From positions 20,549,527 through 20,605,680 of the forward strand of contig NC_068983.1 of assembly GCF_001194135.2 (NCBI RefSeq): 56,154 nt of DNA, read 5' to 3'. Source of the DNA: Octopus bimaculoides (Eukaryota). The notes below the pieces were generated by a model that was not told where the DNA came from, ran no database searches, and saw only the letters and a program-made list of their open reading frames with translations. Shown piece after piece: positions 39,690-54,721 of the stretch (positions are counted from its first letter, which is position 1; the number at the start of each line of letters is the position of its first letter). Both the position numbers and the translations under genes were made by a program.

Positions 39690-39830
39690 TTTTCTATCAT
39701 CCCTTTCTAACGAAGAGCGAAGGCTCTAAACACTAAAGACTGTTCCATTCTTCCCGACCGTCAAACTAATACACCTGCTTGTCGTTCCATCAGCTGTGTT
39801 TGTCTTTTGTTTACTGCCTATTTGAATTGT
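39690..39830 (+). mobile_element. Penelope-like terminal relic with an inactivated hammerhead motif (39703-39738)
   Basis: cttt-ctaacga-a-gagc gaag gctc-taaacact-aaag has stems I and II intact, but the core is mutated (CUGACGA to CUAACGA and GAAA to UAAA). The element boundaries are approximate. Confidence 0.4.
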
Positions 39831-40247
39831 ATAATAACCTTATCCCCAACAGGAGAAGAAAGAATCGCGTTTCTGAAACTCCTATAAAATAAAGATTGTT
39901 TCGATTGAGCTGGTGCATAACAAGAACAGAAACGTAGAAAACAGCAACAAATGGAATTTGGTCATTTGGTCGGTCACATAAGATGGCGAATGAATTAAGC
40001 TCTTCTCGTTAAGCCAATGAACACTGGCTGCACACTCATTAATCACAAATGGCTAGTCTGTATTAATTACAAATCCGATGGGACAGCATTATCAATCATA
40101 TACCAGTTAAACTCTCATGCAATGAGGGCCGTTCCGCGTTCAGGTCAAATTTCATTCGGTTTCTCTCTCACATTCCATCTTTGATCTACTCTTAGTGCTC
40201 CTATTGAAGTGAACGGTAGGAAAGTGATTGATTTGTGTTGGAAAATA

Positions 40248-40389
40248 CAGTCGTGGCCAAAAGTTTGGAAAATTAAAATTGTTGTGCCCTAGTACAATTC
40301 GATTCAAATATATACAGCGCATATATTTGGGCATTTCATATAAACATTCCAATTTTCATACCTATGTTCCGAACTTTTGGCCACGACTG
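40248..40389. mobile_element. Tc1/mariner MITE, 142 bp
   Basis: The 23-bp TIRs cagtcgtggccaaaagtttggaa and ttccgaacttttggccacgactg differ by one mismatch. TA target duplications are at 40246-47 and 40390-91. Confidence 0.93.
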
Positions 40390-40860
40390 TATTATGTAGC
40401 GCATTCACTCTTGTTTCTTCGTAGAAAAAGGGTGAGCAGTGATGCCCTATAATAAGGCTACTTAAAAACCGTGAATAATTTTACGAGTAAGCGTTGATGG
40501 AAATAACGCTAAATAAATCATTGCTGTATGTTGCATTTGTCTAACAGTGTGCTTTCCACTCATCAAGTCTGCTTTTATGGTCATGAACTTATTACCAAGA
40601 TCTTCAGCAATACTGGCGTTCAAAAACATAACGTGTTCTAGTTCTAGAGCTGATCATAAGACTTATCAGGTATTGAGATGTTAGAACTTTCAAATATTTC
40701 TGTCAGACTTACTAGTAACTAGTATATCTGACAGATTATAGTAATAGATGCATGTACAATATAGACCTCCCTTAATTAAGGTGGCCTGGTCATAAGAACT
40801 ACTGGGTCATATTTAGAACTATCGAATGCAGATTTTGATAAAAAAAAATATGCGGTTACT

Positions 40861-41175
40861 GGCGCATGGCTTCAGGCTCACAACCATGAAATAGTGAGTT
40901 CGATTCCCGAATCGGGTTGTGTGTTGTGTTCTTGAGCAACACACTTTATTTCACGTTATTTCAGTTCACTCAGCTGTAGAAATGTATTAAGACGTCACTG
41001 GTGCGAAACTGTATCGACTTTTGCCTTTCCCTTGGATAACATCGGTGGCGTAGAGAGGGGAGGCTGGTATGCATGGGCGGATAATGGTCTTCCATAAACA
41101 ACCCTGCCCGGACTTGTGCCTCGGAGGTGGACTTTCTAGAAGCAATCCCATGGTCATTCATGACCGAAGGGGCTC
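40861..41175 (+). mobile_element. tRNA-derived SINE family C
   Basis: The head ggcgcatggc...gtgagttcgattcccg carries a B box. It continues with ttcttgagcaacacactttatttcacgtt...cactcagctgtagaaatg and ends at cattcatgaccgaagggg. Confidence 0.8.
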
Positions 41176-41996
41176 CTAGTTCAATCACTTGAATCGAGCA
41201 GAGTTTGTGTTAAAAGCGTTCCTTTTTGTAGATAGTTGTTTTCTCTAAACATAGAGCCGCATCACACTCACTGGTTTTACTGTACAAGCTCATTCATAAA
41301 CGTACAGGCGTTTCACAGTTAGTGAAAAGAGTTATAAGCTGTATGATTTAAACATATAATTTAATGAATTCATAGATCCAAAATCTATGAGTACGTGGAT
41401 GCATGTGTGCGCGTGTGTGTATCTGTGTGTCTATATGTATGAAAATAAGCTATAAATTCTTAAGACATATACCGCAATTGAAATGCAGCCGATTTCCTCA
41501 GGTCATTTCAAAGAAACGAGCCGGTGTATTGCAGATAGTAGTTTGAACTAAACAAACATAACGTGAACATTGTTCGGTCGCACTTGATATTGATCCTTTA
41601 CAGCTAAACGAAAAATATGAGGCAAGCTTATACCTTAGATTAACGAACCTCAGTCCTATAATATTTTATTAACCTCGACAGAACTCAAACCAGTATTCAA
41701 TAGTGGTGGGTGAGTTATCGCGAAAATCTATATGCAATAACACCAGAAGAATATTTATATATAGGTATTGCAGCATTCCTGTAATGTTAAATGTCATTGC
41801 ATCCGTTTTGAAGACATATACAAGATATGTAGGTAATGTATATAGTGAAGATCATGTTGACTCGTACATCGCAAGAAATTTGACTCTATTCTTATCCTGG
41901 AGTCACACCATCTTTATGTAATGTACGTTGACATTCTTAAACATGATTTTAAAATAAGGTTAATCTAACACGTATACACGAGCATACATATACATA

Positions 41997-42035
<39 letters not shown>

Positions 42036-42189
42036 ACGTGTGTGGATATTTGTCTATATATACATATGTATGTATATATATTTAATATTCATATATTTGA
42101 TTGTGTTTTTGTGTATATTTATGGTTATGTATGCATAAAGAGGAAAATCTGTAAGTTACTTCAAGTAAATTTCCCGCCGGCGTAATATT

Positions 42190-42268
42190 CCTCTCTCTCT
42201 CCCTCCCCTCTCTGTTTCTCTCTCTCCCTCCCCTCTCTGTTTCTCTCTCTCTCCCTCCCCTCTATCTT

Positions 42269-42322
<54 letters not shown>
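42190..42322. repeat. (CT)n/ctccc polypyrimidine repeat
   Basis: Read directly from the sequence. Confidence 0.9.
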
Positions 42323-42325
<3 letters not shown>

Positions 42326-44409
42326 TACATAGAAACTCTATATTCTCTTCGAACTCTTCGGTAGCTTGATATCATTTACTTTGCTAATTTCATTTTCTTA
42401 TGTACCGAGTTCGTAATTGCTTTCAGAATTCGACACACTGTCGACAATTATTCACTAGACAAATCATTAATACTATTTCCGCACATATTATCATATAAAA
42501 ATCTATTTGAGAGAAATGCTCTTACACATTTTTTAAACATATACTAATGGATTTTGTGACATTTATTAACCTTTCTATTTCATTCTTACATTTTTATCTT
42601 CCTTTTAATCTTATCTGTCCTCCGTTATACTCCTCTTTTACTAGAATAATTTGATGTTGATTTAATCATTAGACAGATACAATTGTAGATCAAATGGTAA
42701 AACTTCCTTTGTTCGCTGGTAATAATTTGTTTTAAGTTATTTAATTCCATTCAGGAAATGTTTTCGCCTGTGGCTGAAGGTTCCATTTCACTGTTTAAAT
42801 TAAACTAAGATACGTTTCCCCATTTCCTTAAACCGGATTCAATTTCAAAATCTCACCAGAGGAACATTGCAAATTTAACTAAATAGAAAATACATCTGAG
42901 GAAGAAACATTGGCTAGTTTACCGTTTATTTACTGTGTTTGTTTTAACCTTATAAATACAATAGAAATGAAATAAAGAATTCTGAAAAAAGAAATGAGAA
43001 CTACTCGAGGAAAACGCAATTACATTCAGGATACAAACTCTTTGTCGAACATTCAAGGGTCGATAAATATGTACCCACTCGGTCATTAATTTTAATTAGA
43101 TATGACTTCGTAGACAATGAAAGTTACACCTTCTTTCTACGGAGTGGACCATAACACCTGAAGGGCGAGTGAGATGGTAATGGTTAATAATGCTAATGCC
43201 GCATTCTAAAACAGAATATAATAGAATACACATGATTCATTAATTGGAATTATTCCAGCAACAACGTTGAACAAAAACGCATATGTACACACCATAAAGC
43301 GATACAGACTTATATGTTTACATGTACACATGCCATATCTACACACAAATGTGTATGTGTATTTATCACGCCTTAGGATAATAATAAATTATATACATGC
43401 ATATATATATATATATANNNNNNNNNNNNNNNNNNNNNNNNNNNNNNNNNNNNNNNNNNNNNNNNNNNNNNNNNNNNNNNNNNNNNNNNNNNNNNATATA
43501 GATAGATAGATAGATATATACAAGGTAATGAATTTACTAAAGAAATTTGCAATATAAGAAGTATTTGTATTTCTATACTGTTTCTCTTTCCTTTGCAAAA
43601 TATCATTTATTATTAATATTTTTCATTTACCTATGAATTGATAGTTTGTATTACAAGCGATTGTAGATGATCTGAGTTTATATATTCACTTCCTGTAAAT
43701 TGCTTATTGGTTAATATGGTTGACACATTCCAGTCAACACAAATCTCTATAACTCAATTCCGTATTATTTCTTACACATATAAAATTAATACAAACAGCA
43801 GTTTGCAATGCTTCACCAAAAAAGAGAATTATAATTGTCCCTAAATGTGACTAGGGTGGTGGGAAACACCGATATTGCTAGAAATAAGAGCTAAACGGCT
43901 CTAATGCTGTAGTTAACGCACATGAATGAAAACATATACACTAACAGGGGTCATAATCGTCCGAAAAGTGCCGATCGAGAATTCTTTAACGTCAGTATTA
44001 TACATATATAATCAGGGTTATCATCTCATAACGTGCAAATAAAAGCTCCGCTGCCATTATTGGCTATCACATGCCACCCTACAGCAGGATATATTCAAAC
44101 GCTTGATAAACATGTGGAACTCCGCTATTGCATAGAGTTAATATAAGAATAAGATAACACGAATATGGAAATAGCAGGCTTTAACAGCAACTGACAACAG
44201 TTTTTCCTGTACTGGATACCAGCTTTTAGTTGGTGAGTTTACATTGATATATCATTAGGATATCAGATTATTCTTTAGAATATCTGAATAATAAACATTA
44301 TTCAGAGACAGTTGTGTGCTGGTGATTCTTTAGCTGGAATGCGATGAAGCGCTGTTCAATTTCTGTGATCTTCCTCAGATATACCATATAATAGATATGG
44401 TATATACTC

Positions 44410-44572
44410 ACGACGGGCTTCTTTCAGTTTCCGTGTACCAAACTCACCCATAAGGCTTTAGTCGGCCCGAGACCATAGTAGAAGACACTTACCCAAGGTG
44501 TCACGTAGTGGGACTGAACCCGAAACGATGTGTTTTGGGAAGCAAACTTCTCACAACACCGCCACACCTGCG

Positions 44573-44576
<4 letters not shown>
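44410..44576 (-). mobile_element. Family-A SINE 5' half, followed by (TA)n(TG)n
   Basis: It matches 27343-27507 (acgacgggcttctttcagtttccgt...cacctgcgcct). Confidence 0.88.
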
Positions 44577-44642
<66 letters not shown>

Positions 44643-45259
44643 TGTGGGTGTGTGTGTGTGTGTGTATGGTGTGTGTGTATAAAATGGTAATTATTAATGT
44701 CAAATACAATCATTATGACAGTTTTGTTAGGGAAATCCATAACCTTGTAGAATAATTATTCGGCAGTAGTGCTTGACTAATGCTTTATTATAAAACTAGA
44801 AGGATTAATGTGCAAAATTTATCATGGCAGGCTTTGGAAGAAGAACGAAACATAATTAACTAAATATAGCCTTTATCATGCCTAACAATGTAATGCATGT
44901 GATTCAAAAAATATTAGTTATATTCATCATGTTAATGTTAGGTTGAATTTAAAATGAATTGCTTAAGCGAACTAATTCAAATTAATGAGAACACATTCAA
45001 ATGTTAAAAATTAAGAAGGAAAGGAAATCATGTAAAAATTTAAAACATAAACGATGTAAGATGGAGAATACAGAAAGAATGAGGTAGATGTCTTTTGTGT
45101 TAATGAATGGATATTCCTACTAGCTCACTTTTTGTATAAAACCCAATCATAAACACACACGAGCCATTGCATGTACAGTAAAATGAGACGACATCTGGCA
45201 ACGTTATCCCTGTTACCACTATCTACAACAACAAAACACGGGAAAAGAGCTCGACCTAC

Positions 45260-45297
45260 CAGATATAAAAACCACACATCCATCAAATCATACTGTA
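45260..45297 (-). CDS. Candidate 38-nt exon (QYDLMDVWFLYL)
   Basis: The acceptor is ttatttaatgtttccttccatttttaacatag and the donor is ctg|gtaggt. The frame is open. It may be a pseudo-exon. Confidence 0.2.
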
Positions 45298-45477
45298 CTA
45301 TGTTAAAAATGGAAGGAAACATTAAATAATGTAATCGGAATTGTCACTAAAACGGTTGTATGCAGTTTGATGTATATATGGTTGCAGTTTCTAGCAGATC
45401 GAATGACCAATAAATGATTAATAAATGTTTGTTGCTGAACTGGGGTCGGCTGTGCAATGAGTAAACTTTGTAGACGT

Positions 45478-45900
45478 TAATATTGGTTTCGGATTTTGGC
45501 ATAAACCTAGCCATTTTAGGGAACTGGGTAGTCGATTACCATCGACAGCAGTACTCAACTAGTCTTTCTTTTATCGATCCCAATTAATGAAAGTCAAAGT
45601 CGACATCGGCGGCATTTGAAATCAGAGCATGAAGACGGACGAAATGCCTCTATGCATTTTGTCGGGCGTACTAACGATTCTACCAACTCGCTGCCTCATA
45701 TGAACGTTATTATTAGTTTAAAACTTTAGTTTCAAACACAAGTCCAGCAATTACGGGGTGGAGACTAGTAGATTACATCGACCCCCGGGTTCAACTGGTA
45801 CTTATTTTATCGAGCACGAAAGGATGAACGGCAAAGTTGACCTCAGCGGCATTTGAACTGAGAACTTATAGACTATCGGAATGCCACTAAGCATTTCGTT
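45478..45900 (-). mobile_element. Two tandem family-B SINE copies
   Basis: aaagtcaaagtcgacatcggcggcatttgaaatcagagc and ggcaaagttgacctcagcggcatttgaactgagaac are both reverse complements of the family-B core. Confidence 0.85.
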
Positions 45901-46472
45901 AATAATGGGCAACATTGTCCATTACGCCACTCTAGTTTTTCTTGACCTACAATTTGCACGAATAAGGTTGCTAGGTCTTGCAAACCGAGCTCCAGCGTAA
46001 AAGTAGATTTGCTTGTATTTAAATGCTATAGCTGTTTAGATTACGGGTCTAAATTAGATTATTTTGAATTATTTTGATGTTAGCCGTAAATAAAAAAACA
46101 AAACAAAAAAAACTACAGAAATATAACCACAAACAAAATTACTAATACCGCATGTGTATCATACGCTGCATATTAACCATTAGCTACGAAATTGCAACAT
46201 ATTATGTTGCATAATATTAATTTTTTCATGGTAGTTGACTTTTAACAGTAACAATTTAAACCGCCATTTAATGAACACCTTGCGTTCTATTGTCTCTCCC
46301 TTGTCGAGTTAGAATTCATATTTTTCCTTTCATTTTCTCCCCAAAGAAAATATATTAATAATATATTAATTAACCGCCTGGTTTTTATTTTCTGAAAAAA
46401 AAAAAAAAAAAAAAAAAAGTTTATTGAAGCCGTACACTATATTCATATTAAATTATTCTCCTTCATTATAGC

Positions 46473-46534
<62 letters not shown>

Positions 46535-46545
46535 TAATAATAGTG

Positions 46546-46589
<44 letters not shown>
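46473..46589. repeat. (AAT)n immediately followed by (ATT)n (inverted microsatellite pair)
   Basis: (AAT)n spans 46473-46542, then gtg, then (ATT)n spans 46546-46589. Confidence 0.95.
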
Positions 46590-46590
<1 letters not shown>

Positions 46591-48284
46591 GACTGTGTTG
46601 TCGTATTTGTTGATGTTATTGCTCGCAGTATTTATGTTTTCATCTTTGATTTTTCATAAACTAAAGGAGTTTGCTATTGATTTCTCGTTGCATGTTAAAA
46701 GGTTGCACATTTTAATTAGTTCTCTTCCGTTCAGTTCTATAAGGTCGATGTCACCGGACATGCGTATTAACCTTCATCTGCAAAGGGAAATTAAGCTAAT
46801 GCAACTTTAATATGTGTCATACTATAATGGGGGGGGGGTTATTTTTATCCCATTTTTGTAATACGTGTCCCCTTCTCTGAATCTTAGATCATTAATGTTA
46901 TCTCTACGAAATATGAGTTTATCTAACCTGGAGCTATAATGTTACATGTATTTTCTTTTCTGTGTTATTATTACACGTAGAAACATCGTTTTAACTTATT
47001 AATAGGGTAAACAGTTAAATCTAGCCGCCAGCAGGGCATTAGCTCTGTAGAAGTGTTGCTCTTTAATTAGATATTTAATGCGAAATTCATTCTATGTATA
47101 GTGAAGCTAGGAATACTAATGGTGAGGTCGAAAAGTGGTCTGACATGACAAAAAAAAAGGAAGAAAAGAAAAGAATAAGAAAAATGTCCTTGACGATGGA
47201 CATTCAATCTCATTCTATTTTCTATCCAAGATTTCAGCTGCAGCAAACACTAATGGGTACTCAACATAAACTAAAACATCATGATGTCATTAAAGTGTTT
47301 TCTTTCTTTTCAAATCAAATCTTGCTCTCTCTCTCACTACACGTAATGGCATTCGGTACAATTGTAAATAACATTTTTAAAAATTAACATAAGAATATTG
47401 TATAATGGAAAATGTTTTAACAGTGAAATCTAATGACGGCTCTATCAGGTTTTCAATTTATAAACGGTAAATATCAGTATAGATACTGAATGCATTTCTT
47501 ATTTTAATTGGCAACAATACCACCACAACCAGCAACAAAAACACAAAAACGATTTTTTGTCAATTTGACATGATAACGCTTGGCACGAATTCAGTAACGC
47601 TGAATCTTAGTATTAAGCTCGAATTTAATAAACGATATTCAGTCGATACCCAATAGCATTAGGTTTGTATTGAGACCTAGTGAGCCACGCTCTCATTCAA
47701 CTAGTCTGAGTAGAATAAGAACCAATCTTTATCGTTCTCTTGTATAATGTCGACTACTACTCTTTGACTAGAGCATTACCCGGGTGTTTACCATTTAAAA
47801 CAAAAGACATGAAATTTGCTATATTTGTTGAATAAAAAAGCTATTCAACTGCGATGTTTTTGATTTTTCTGTGTGTTAAGCACTTGGGACTGTACGTGCA
47901 TGTTTGGTGGTTCAATAAGAATAAAAAGAAACTCGAAAAATTCAGCTTGAAGCTTTTCCTAAATATATAATCATGAGTGGCTGTAAAGGTAAAATGTGGA
48001 AGAAAACTATCCAAATTGCAGAGATAGCTCAAGAAACAGGAGAATGCTAAAAGTAAAGGGGTCTATGACCAGTTACAGTAAGAATAAACCTGATATTGTT
48101 ACCACGATACTTAAACATTAAAATATTATATCCTCACCGTTTTCTCCGATGTTTAGGGTACATTTTTGTAGTTTCGAAGAAATTACAAACGCCGTGAATA
48201 TTATAAAAGCAGGGTTTCGCTACCCGTGTATTTAAATTTTCCTTTGGATTTTTACATCGTTTCTTTTAATTTCAGTACAACTGT

Positions 48285-48630
48285 TTTGTCTCTTACTTGG
48301 TTCAACCATTAAATTGCGACTATGCTGGAACATGGTCGATTAAAGACTTTGAAACTTTCAATCGAACAAGTCCATCCCAGAGCTTGTTCTTTAAGCCATG
48401 TACTTATACTACCGATACCGGTGATAAATGCAAAGACACACACGCATGCAGACACAGGCGCATATACACACAGAACAGATTTCCATATAGTTTCGGTCTT
48501 AGAAATTTGCTCACAGAGCATTAGTCGGCTCAATGGTGTAAGAGATGACACTTGATCGAGCTGCCGTGCATTTAAACTGATCCTGAAACCATGTAGTTAC
48601 AAAGTGAGCATCTTAACAACACAGTCATGC
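48285..48630 (-). mobile_element. Old, diverged family-A SINE
   Basis: gcgactatgctggaaca...atttgctcacagagcattagtcggctc...gacacttg...cctgaaaccatgtagttac resembles the family-A consensus. Confidence 0.6.
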
Positions 48631-49826
48631 CGACGATAATATCATTGCCTTTTGAAAATGTTCTTTTTTGTTCTTCTTAATCTTTTCAGAGAAGGAATGT
48701 CTACTCGATTTACATTTTTATTTTCATGAAGGATTGCTGCTGACACAAACTCTAATTCGGATATAAATGAATATTTATTTAAGTTAACTAAAGACTTACT
48801 AACATTTTCAGAAATTCAGAAAATAGATGCGAATAAACAAAATAATATTATTCACAGTAAATTATTATTTCTACTACAGAATTGAAACAAGTTTTATCCC
48901 CATATTTTGCGAAAGAGCTGCCATGCCAACGTCAAATATATGCGACTACTGAGCTTTTCATTCATCCTCAGCTTCGATAAAAATACACACCTATGCGCAA
49001 ACAAACATACCTTCATACTCACACATATGTATACTGAACTTTCAGTCTTTAAGAAACATACACACTTGTACACTCGTTCCCATACCACTCTTCATTTTAC
49101 AAAAAAAGCAAAAGTAATTCAAATTTGCTTTCTTTGATCTTCATATATTTTGCTACGATTGCGTCTTTCAAGTCTTTAAAGTATCGGACTCCATGCTATC
49201 ATAGCGGATATTTTGAAATCAATTAAAAAATGCCTCTTTAATCCTTCAATAGCAATATACTGACACCGGCTCTTGATTTCAGGGCAGCACAATATCTAAA
49301 AAATGACTTTAAAGCAATTTTTTTTGTCACAAATAATCATAAATCTTGCCCTAATTCATCAGTCCTATCTTAAAATTCATACCCTGCAGTCATGTCATAC
49401 ACTTTGATTTTTCATACCACCGTATCTTTGTCAGCGGCCACATCTCTAACCCTATCATCAAACCGCTATTTCCACCTCCTTGTTCCCTTTCATCAATCAA
49501 TCATCTTTTTTGCATCGTGATTCACTCCTCCACCCACTTTTTAATACATTATTACAGTCGATACACTAATTTTAGTAACACTGCTATATTCACCGAAATG
49601 ATATTGACAGAAATGCAGTCACAGCAGGACCTGGTGTCGATAAAATTAATTTGTGATTAGGAACCGAAACTTTTTGTGAGAAATAAGATATTTAGTTTCA
49701 AGTGATGCTCTACTCCCCGACTCCACATGCTATGCATGTTTCTTGAGTACACTGTCTTAATAAAACGGTGATGGTCACGGTTCGGATATTTGTCATTATA
49801 GGTCTGCTCGATCAGATTTGAACTGA

Positions 49827-50360
49827 ATAATCCTTTCTGTAACAGGCACAGGGCCTTGTGGGGAGACGCGAGTCGATTACATCTACCCCACTGCTCATCT
49901 AGTACTTACTTTATCGCTCTGGAAAGAACGAGAGGAAAAATCGACGACGACAAATACTGCTAAGCATTTTGTCTGACGTGCTAACGATTCAGCCATCTTA
50001 TCACTTTAGCTAAATACTAAATAATCATTTCTGCTACAGGCATAAGACCTGGAATTTCGGGGGAAGAACATAGTCAATTATATCGACCCCAAAACGTAAC
50101 TAGTACTAATTTTATCGACCTAGAAAAATTGAAAGGCGACATCGACCAAGACAGAATTTGAATTTGGAACGTAAAATTGAGAATACATGCCGCTAAGCTT
50201 TTTGTCTGGCGTGGTAACGATTGCGATAGTTCACCCTCTTAGCTAAGTGGTAAATAATCCTTTCTGCTAAAGCACATGATGATCTGGTATGTATTTTACC
50301 GACCCCGAAATTTGAACTCCTAATGTAAAGTCAGAAGAAATGCCGCTAAGCATTTTGTTT
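49827..50360 (-). mobile_element. Three tandem family-B SINE copies, the last truncated at the foldback boundary
   Basis: The tails taatc(c/a)tttctg..ac/aggca at ~49828, ~50023 and ~50255 and the heads gctaagcattttgtctg(a/g)cgtg recur. Confidence 0.8.
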
Positions 50361-50362
50361 TG

Positions 50363-52014
<1,652 letters not shown>

Positions 52015-53942
52015 AATTTTAATAATATAAAATATATATTCTTAAGTAATATATATGTATATATGTGCATACATATATACATTATGTATATATGTATGTA
52101 TATATATGTATGTGTGTATATATAGGTGTGTGTGTGTTTGTATATACATATATATATANNNNNNNNNNNNNNNNNNNNNNNNNNNNNNNNNNNNNNNNNN
52201 NNNNNNNNNNNNNNNNNNNNNNNNNNNNNNNNNNNNNNNNNNNNNNNNNNNNNNNNNNNNNNNNNNNNNNNNNNNNNNNNNNNNNNNNNNNNNNNNNNNN
52301 NNNNNNNNNNNNNNNNNNNNNNNNNNNNNNNNNNNNNNNNNNNNNNNNNNNNNNNNNNNNNNNNNNNNNNNNNNNNNNNNNNNNNNNNNNNNNNNNNNNN
52401 NNNNNNNNNNNNNNNNNNNNNNNNNNNNNNNNNNNNNNNNNNNNNNNNNNNNNNNNNNNNNNNNNNNNNNNNNNNNNNNNNNNNNNNNNNNNNNNNNNNN
52501 NNNNNNNNNNNNNNNNNNNNNNNNNNNNNNNNNNNNNNNNNNNNNNNNNNNNNNNNNNNNNNNNNNNNNNNNNNNNNNNNNNNNNNNNNNNNNNNNNNNN
52601 NNNNNNNNNNNNNNNNNNNNNNNNNNNNNNNNNNNNNNNNNNNNNNNNNNNNNNNNNNNNNNNNNNNNNNNNNNNNNNNNNNNNNNNNNNNNNNNNNNNN
52701 NNNNNNNNNNNNNNNNNNNNNNNNNNNNNNNNNNNNNNNNNNNNNNNNNNNNNNNNNNNNNNNNNNNNNNNNNNNNNNNNNNNNNNNNNNNNNNNNNNNN
52801 NNNNNNNNNNNNNNNNNNNNNNNNNNNNNNNNNNNNNNNNNNNNNNNNNNNNNNNNNNNNNNNNNNNNNNNNNNNNNNNNNNNNNNNNNNNNNNNNNNNN
52901 NNNNNNNNNNNNNNNNNNNNNNNNNNNNNNNNNNNNNNNNNNNNNNNNNNNNNNNNNNNNNNNNNNNNNNNNNNNNNNNNNNNNNNNNNNNNNNNNNNNN
53001 NNNNNNNNNNNNNNNNNNNNNNNNNNNNNNNNNNNNNNNNNNNNNNNNNNNNNNNNNNNNNNNNNNNNNNNNNNNNNNNNNNNNATATATAAATCAAAAT
53101 AAGCAACACGGATTTCAAAGATGATTGCAGTACGCACGTTTCATGCTACTCCATTTATTTAAGTAATGCGAGCATTACATTAAATGCAATATGTAGAGCA
53201 ATTTTCAGCTGCAGGAAAATGCAGAAAATTACAGTAGAATAGACATTATAATTGTGGCAACATTTCAAATCCAAGTGGGAGGAAGAATACATAAAAATCC
53301 ATCTTGACATAGCTAAGTCTATAGATTCCAGTCCACCAAAATCCATATAAATAATTCGGGGACAATTTCAATAATATACGACTTGAATTTTTAAAAAGCG
53401 TCGCTGTCTGAATTACTAAATCATCTTTAGTAGAAATCTTAATGACGATCTTAGCTGTCAACTGCACAGACACGTCCGGAGACAAAAGGCGTCATTGATA
53501 ATGCGTCATCATGTCTTATTTGTATTAAATATTCGTTGCATTTACGTGATTTAACACTTTTTGACAGCAGATATTTTATTGTTTTCGTTTATTAAAAGTA
53601 TTGGTTTTGTCTCTTGTCAAAGAAATATGTAACTTCACATTATTGTTTGTTATTTATTTATCTTTTGTATTGTTTGTAAACGTATTAACATACCATATTT
53701 TCTTTATTGGAAGTCTAGCCGCAATTATTAATGCTCTTGTTGCAATATATGAGGATGTGTCTAATAATATCTGACCAAAATAATAAAGTCAACTTAAAAA
53801 TTGAGTTGTGTGCTTGTATATGCGTATGAACACGCAGACAAACACACGTGCATACATATCTATTTTTGTGATTGTTTGTGTGTATACACGCACATCTCTC
53901 TTTCCCCCTTCTCTCTTCACCCTTGCTCTCAATTTATCTATC

Positions 53943-53986
<44 letters not shown>

Positions 53987-54524
53987 TCAGAGGAAGAGGG
54001 AGAGTGAGATCGGTAAGCTGGTAATTCTTGTATCGTAATTTTAAATCAGCTGCTGACGTACAAATTTTTAAAGTTGGGTAACTGCGTAACTTAATAAAAG
54101 GAAACATATTTTTACATATCATAGATATGAATGACTGAAAAACGAAAACCCTTTTGACAATGCGTCACATATTCATCTACTCAATAACCATACACAGAAC
54201 CTTTGGTATAACTCTTTCTTCGCTTTGAATCACGTTATAGTTTTACGTCTTTAGCACCATATCAGTACATAAAGCACATGAAAACGAAAAAAAAGTGATT
54301 ATAGTTAGTCTTCATGAACAGATAAATGTTCAATTCTACGACCATATTTTAAGAAATAGTAATTTTGTTGGTAAGGCTGTTTCTCATTGAAATTTACTCA
54401 ATAATTAGAAATACTGTTTGCAAGCTTTCAATAATTCAAATCTTTGAATCATTTCCAAAATTTCAGAGACCAATAATTAGATGATTTACTTCTCCGAGGA
54501 GGGTTAATCACACCAACAGGCTGG

Positions 54525-54660
54525 TCCAACTCATTTACAAACGAGTTCGATGGAGCAACATGAATTGAAATACTTTGCTCAAGATCACAATCTGTGACTC
54601 AGTCCACGAATGGAAATCACATCCTTATGTCATAAGCGGAGCACTTTAACTAGTAGTCCA
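54525..54660 (-). mobile_element. Old family-C SINE 5' part
   Basis: The reverse complement contains atcttgagcaaagtatttcaattcatgttgctcca...tgtaaatgagttg, similar to 40930-40990. Confidence 0.5.
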
Positions 54661-54721
54661 TAAACACACGAAAAATACGTGTAAAAAGTACAATTATTTC
54701 AATTAACCGCAAATCCGCCAG

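Noticed and set aside
49140-49520. Possible RTE/L2 LINE fragments (FLIDFK..YDS and RRWK.RFDDRVRD) on the minus strand
   Set aside because: The motifs are too degenerate and their order is inconsistent with an intact LINE.
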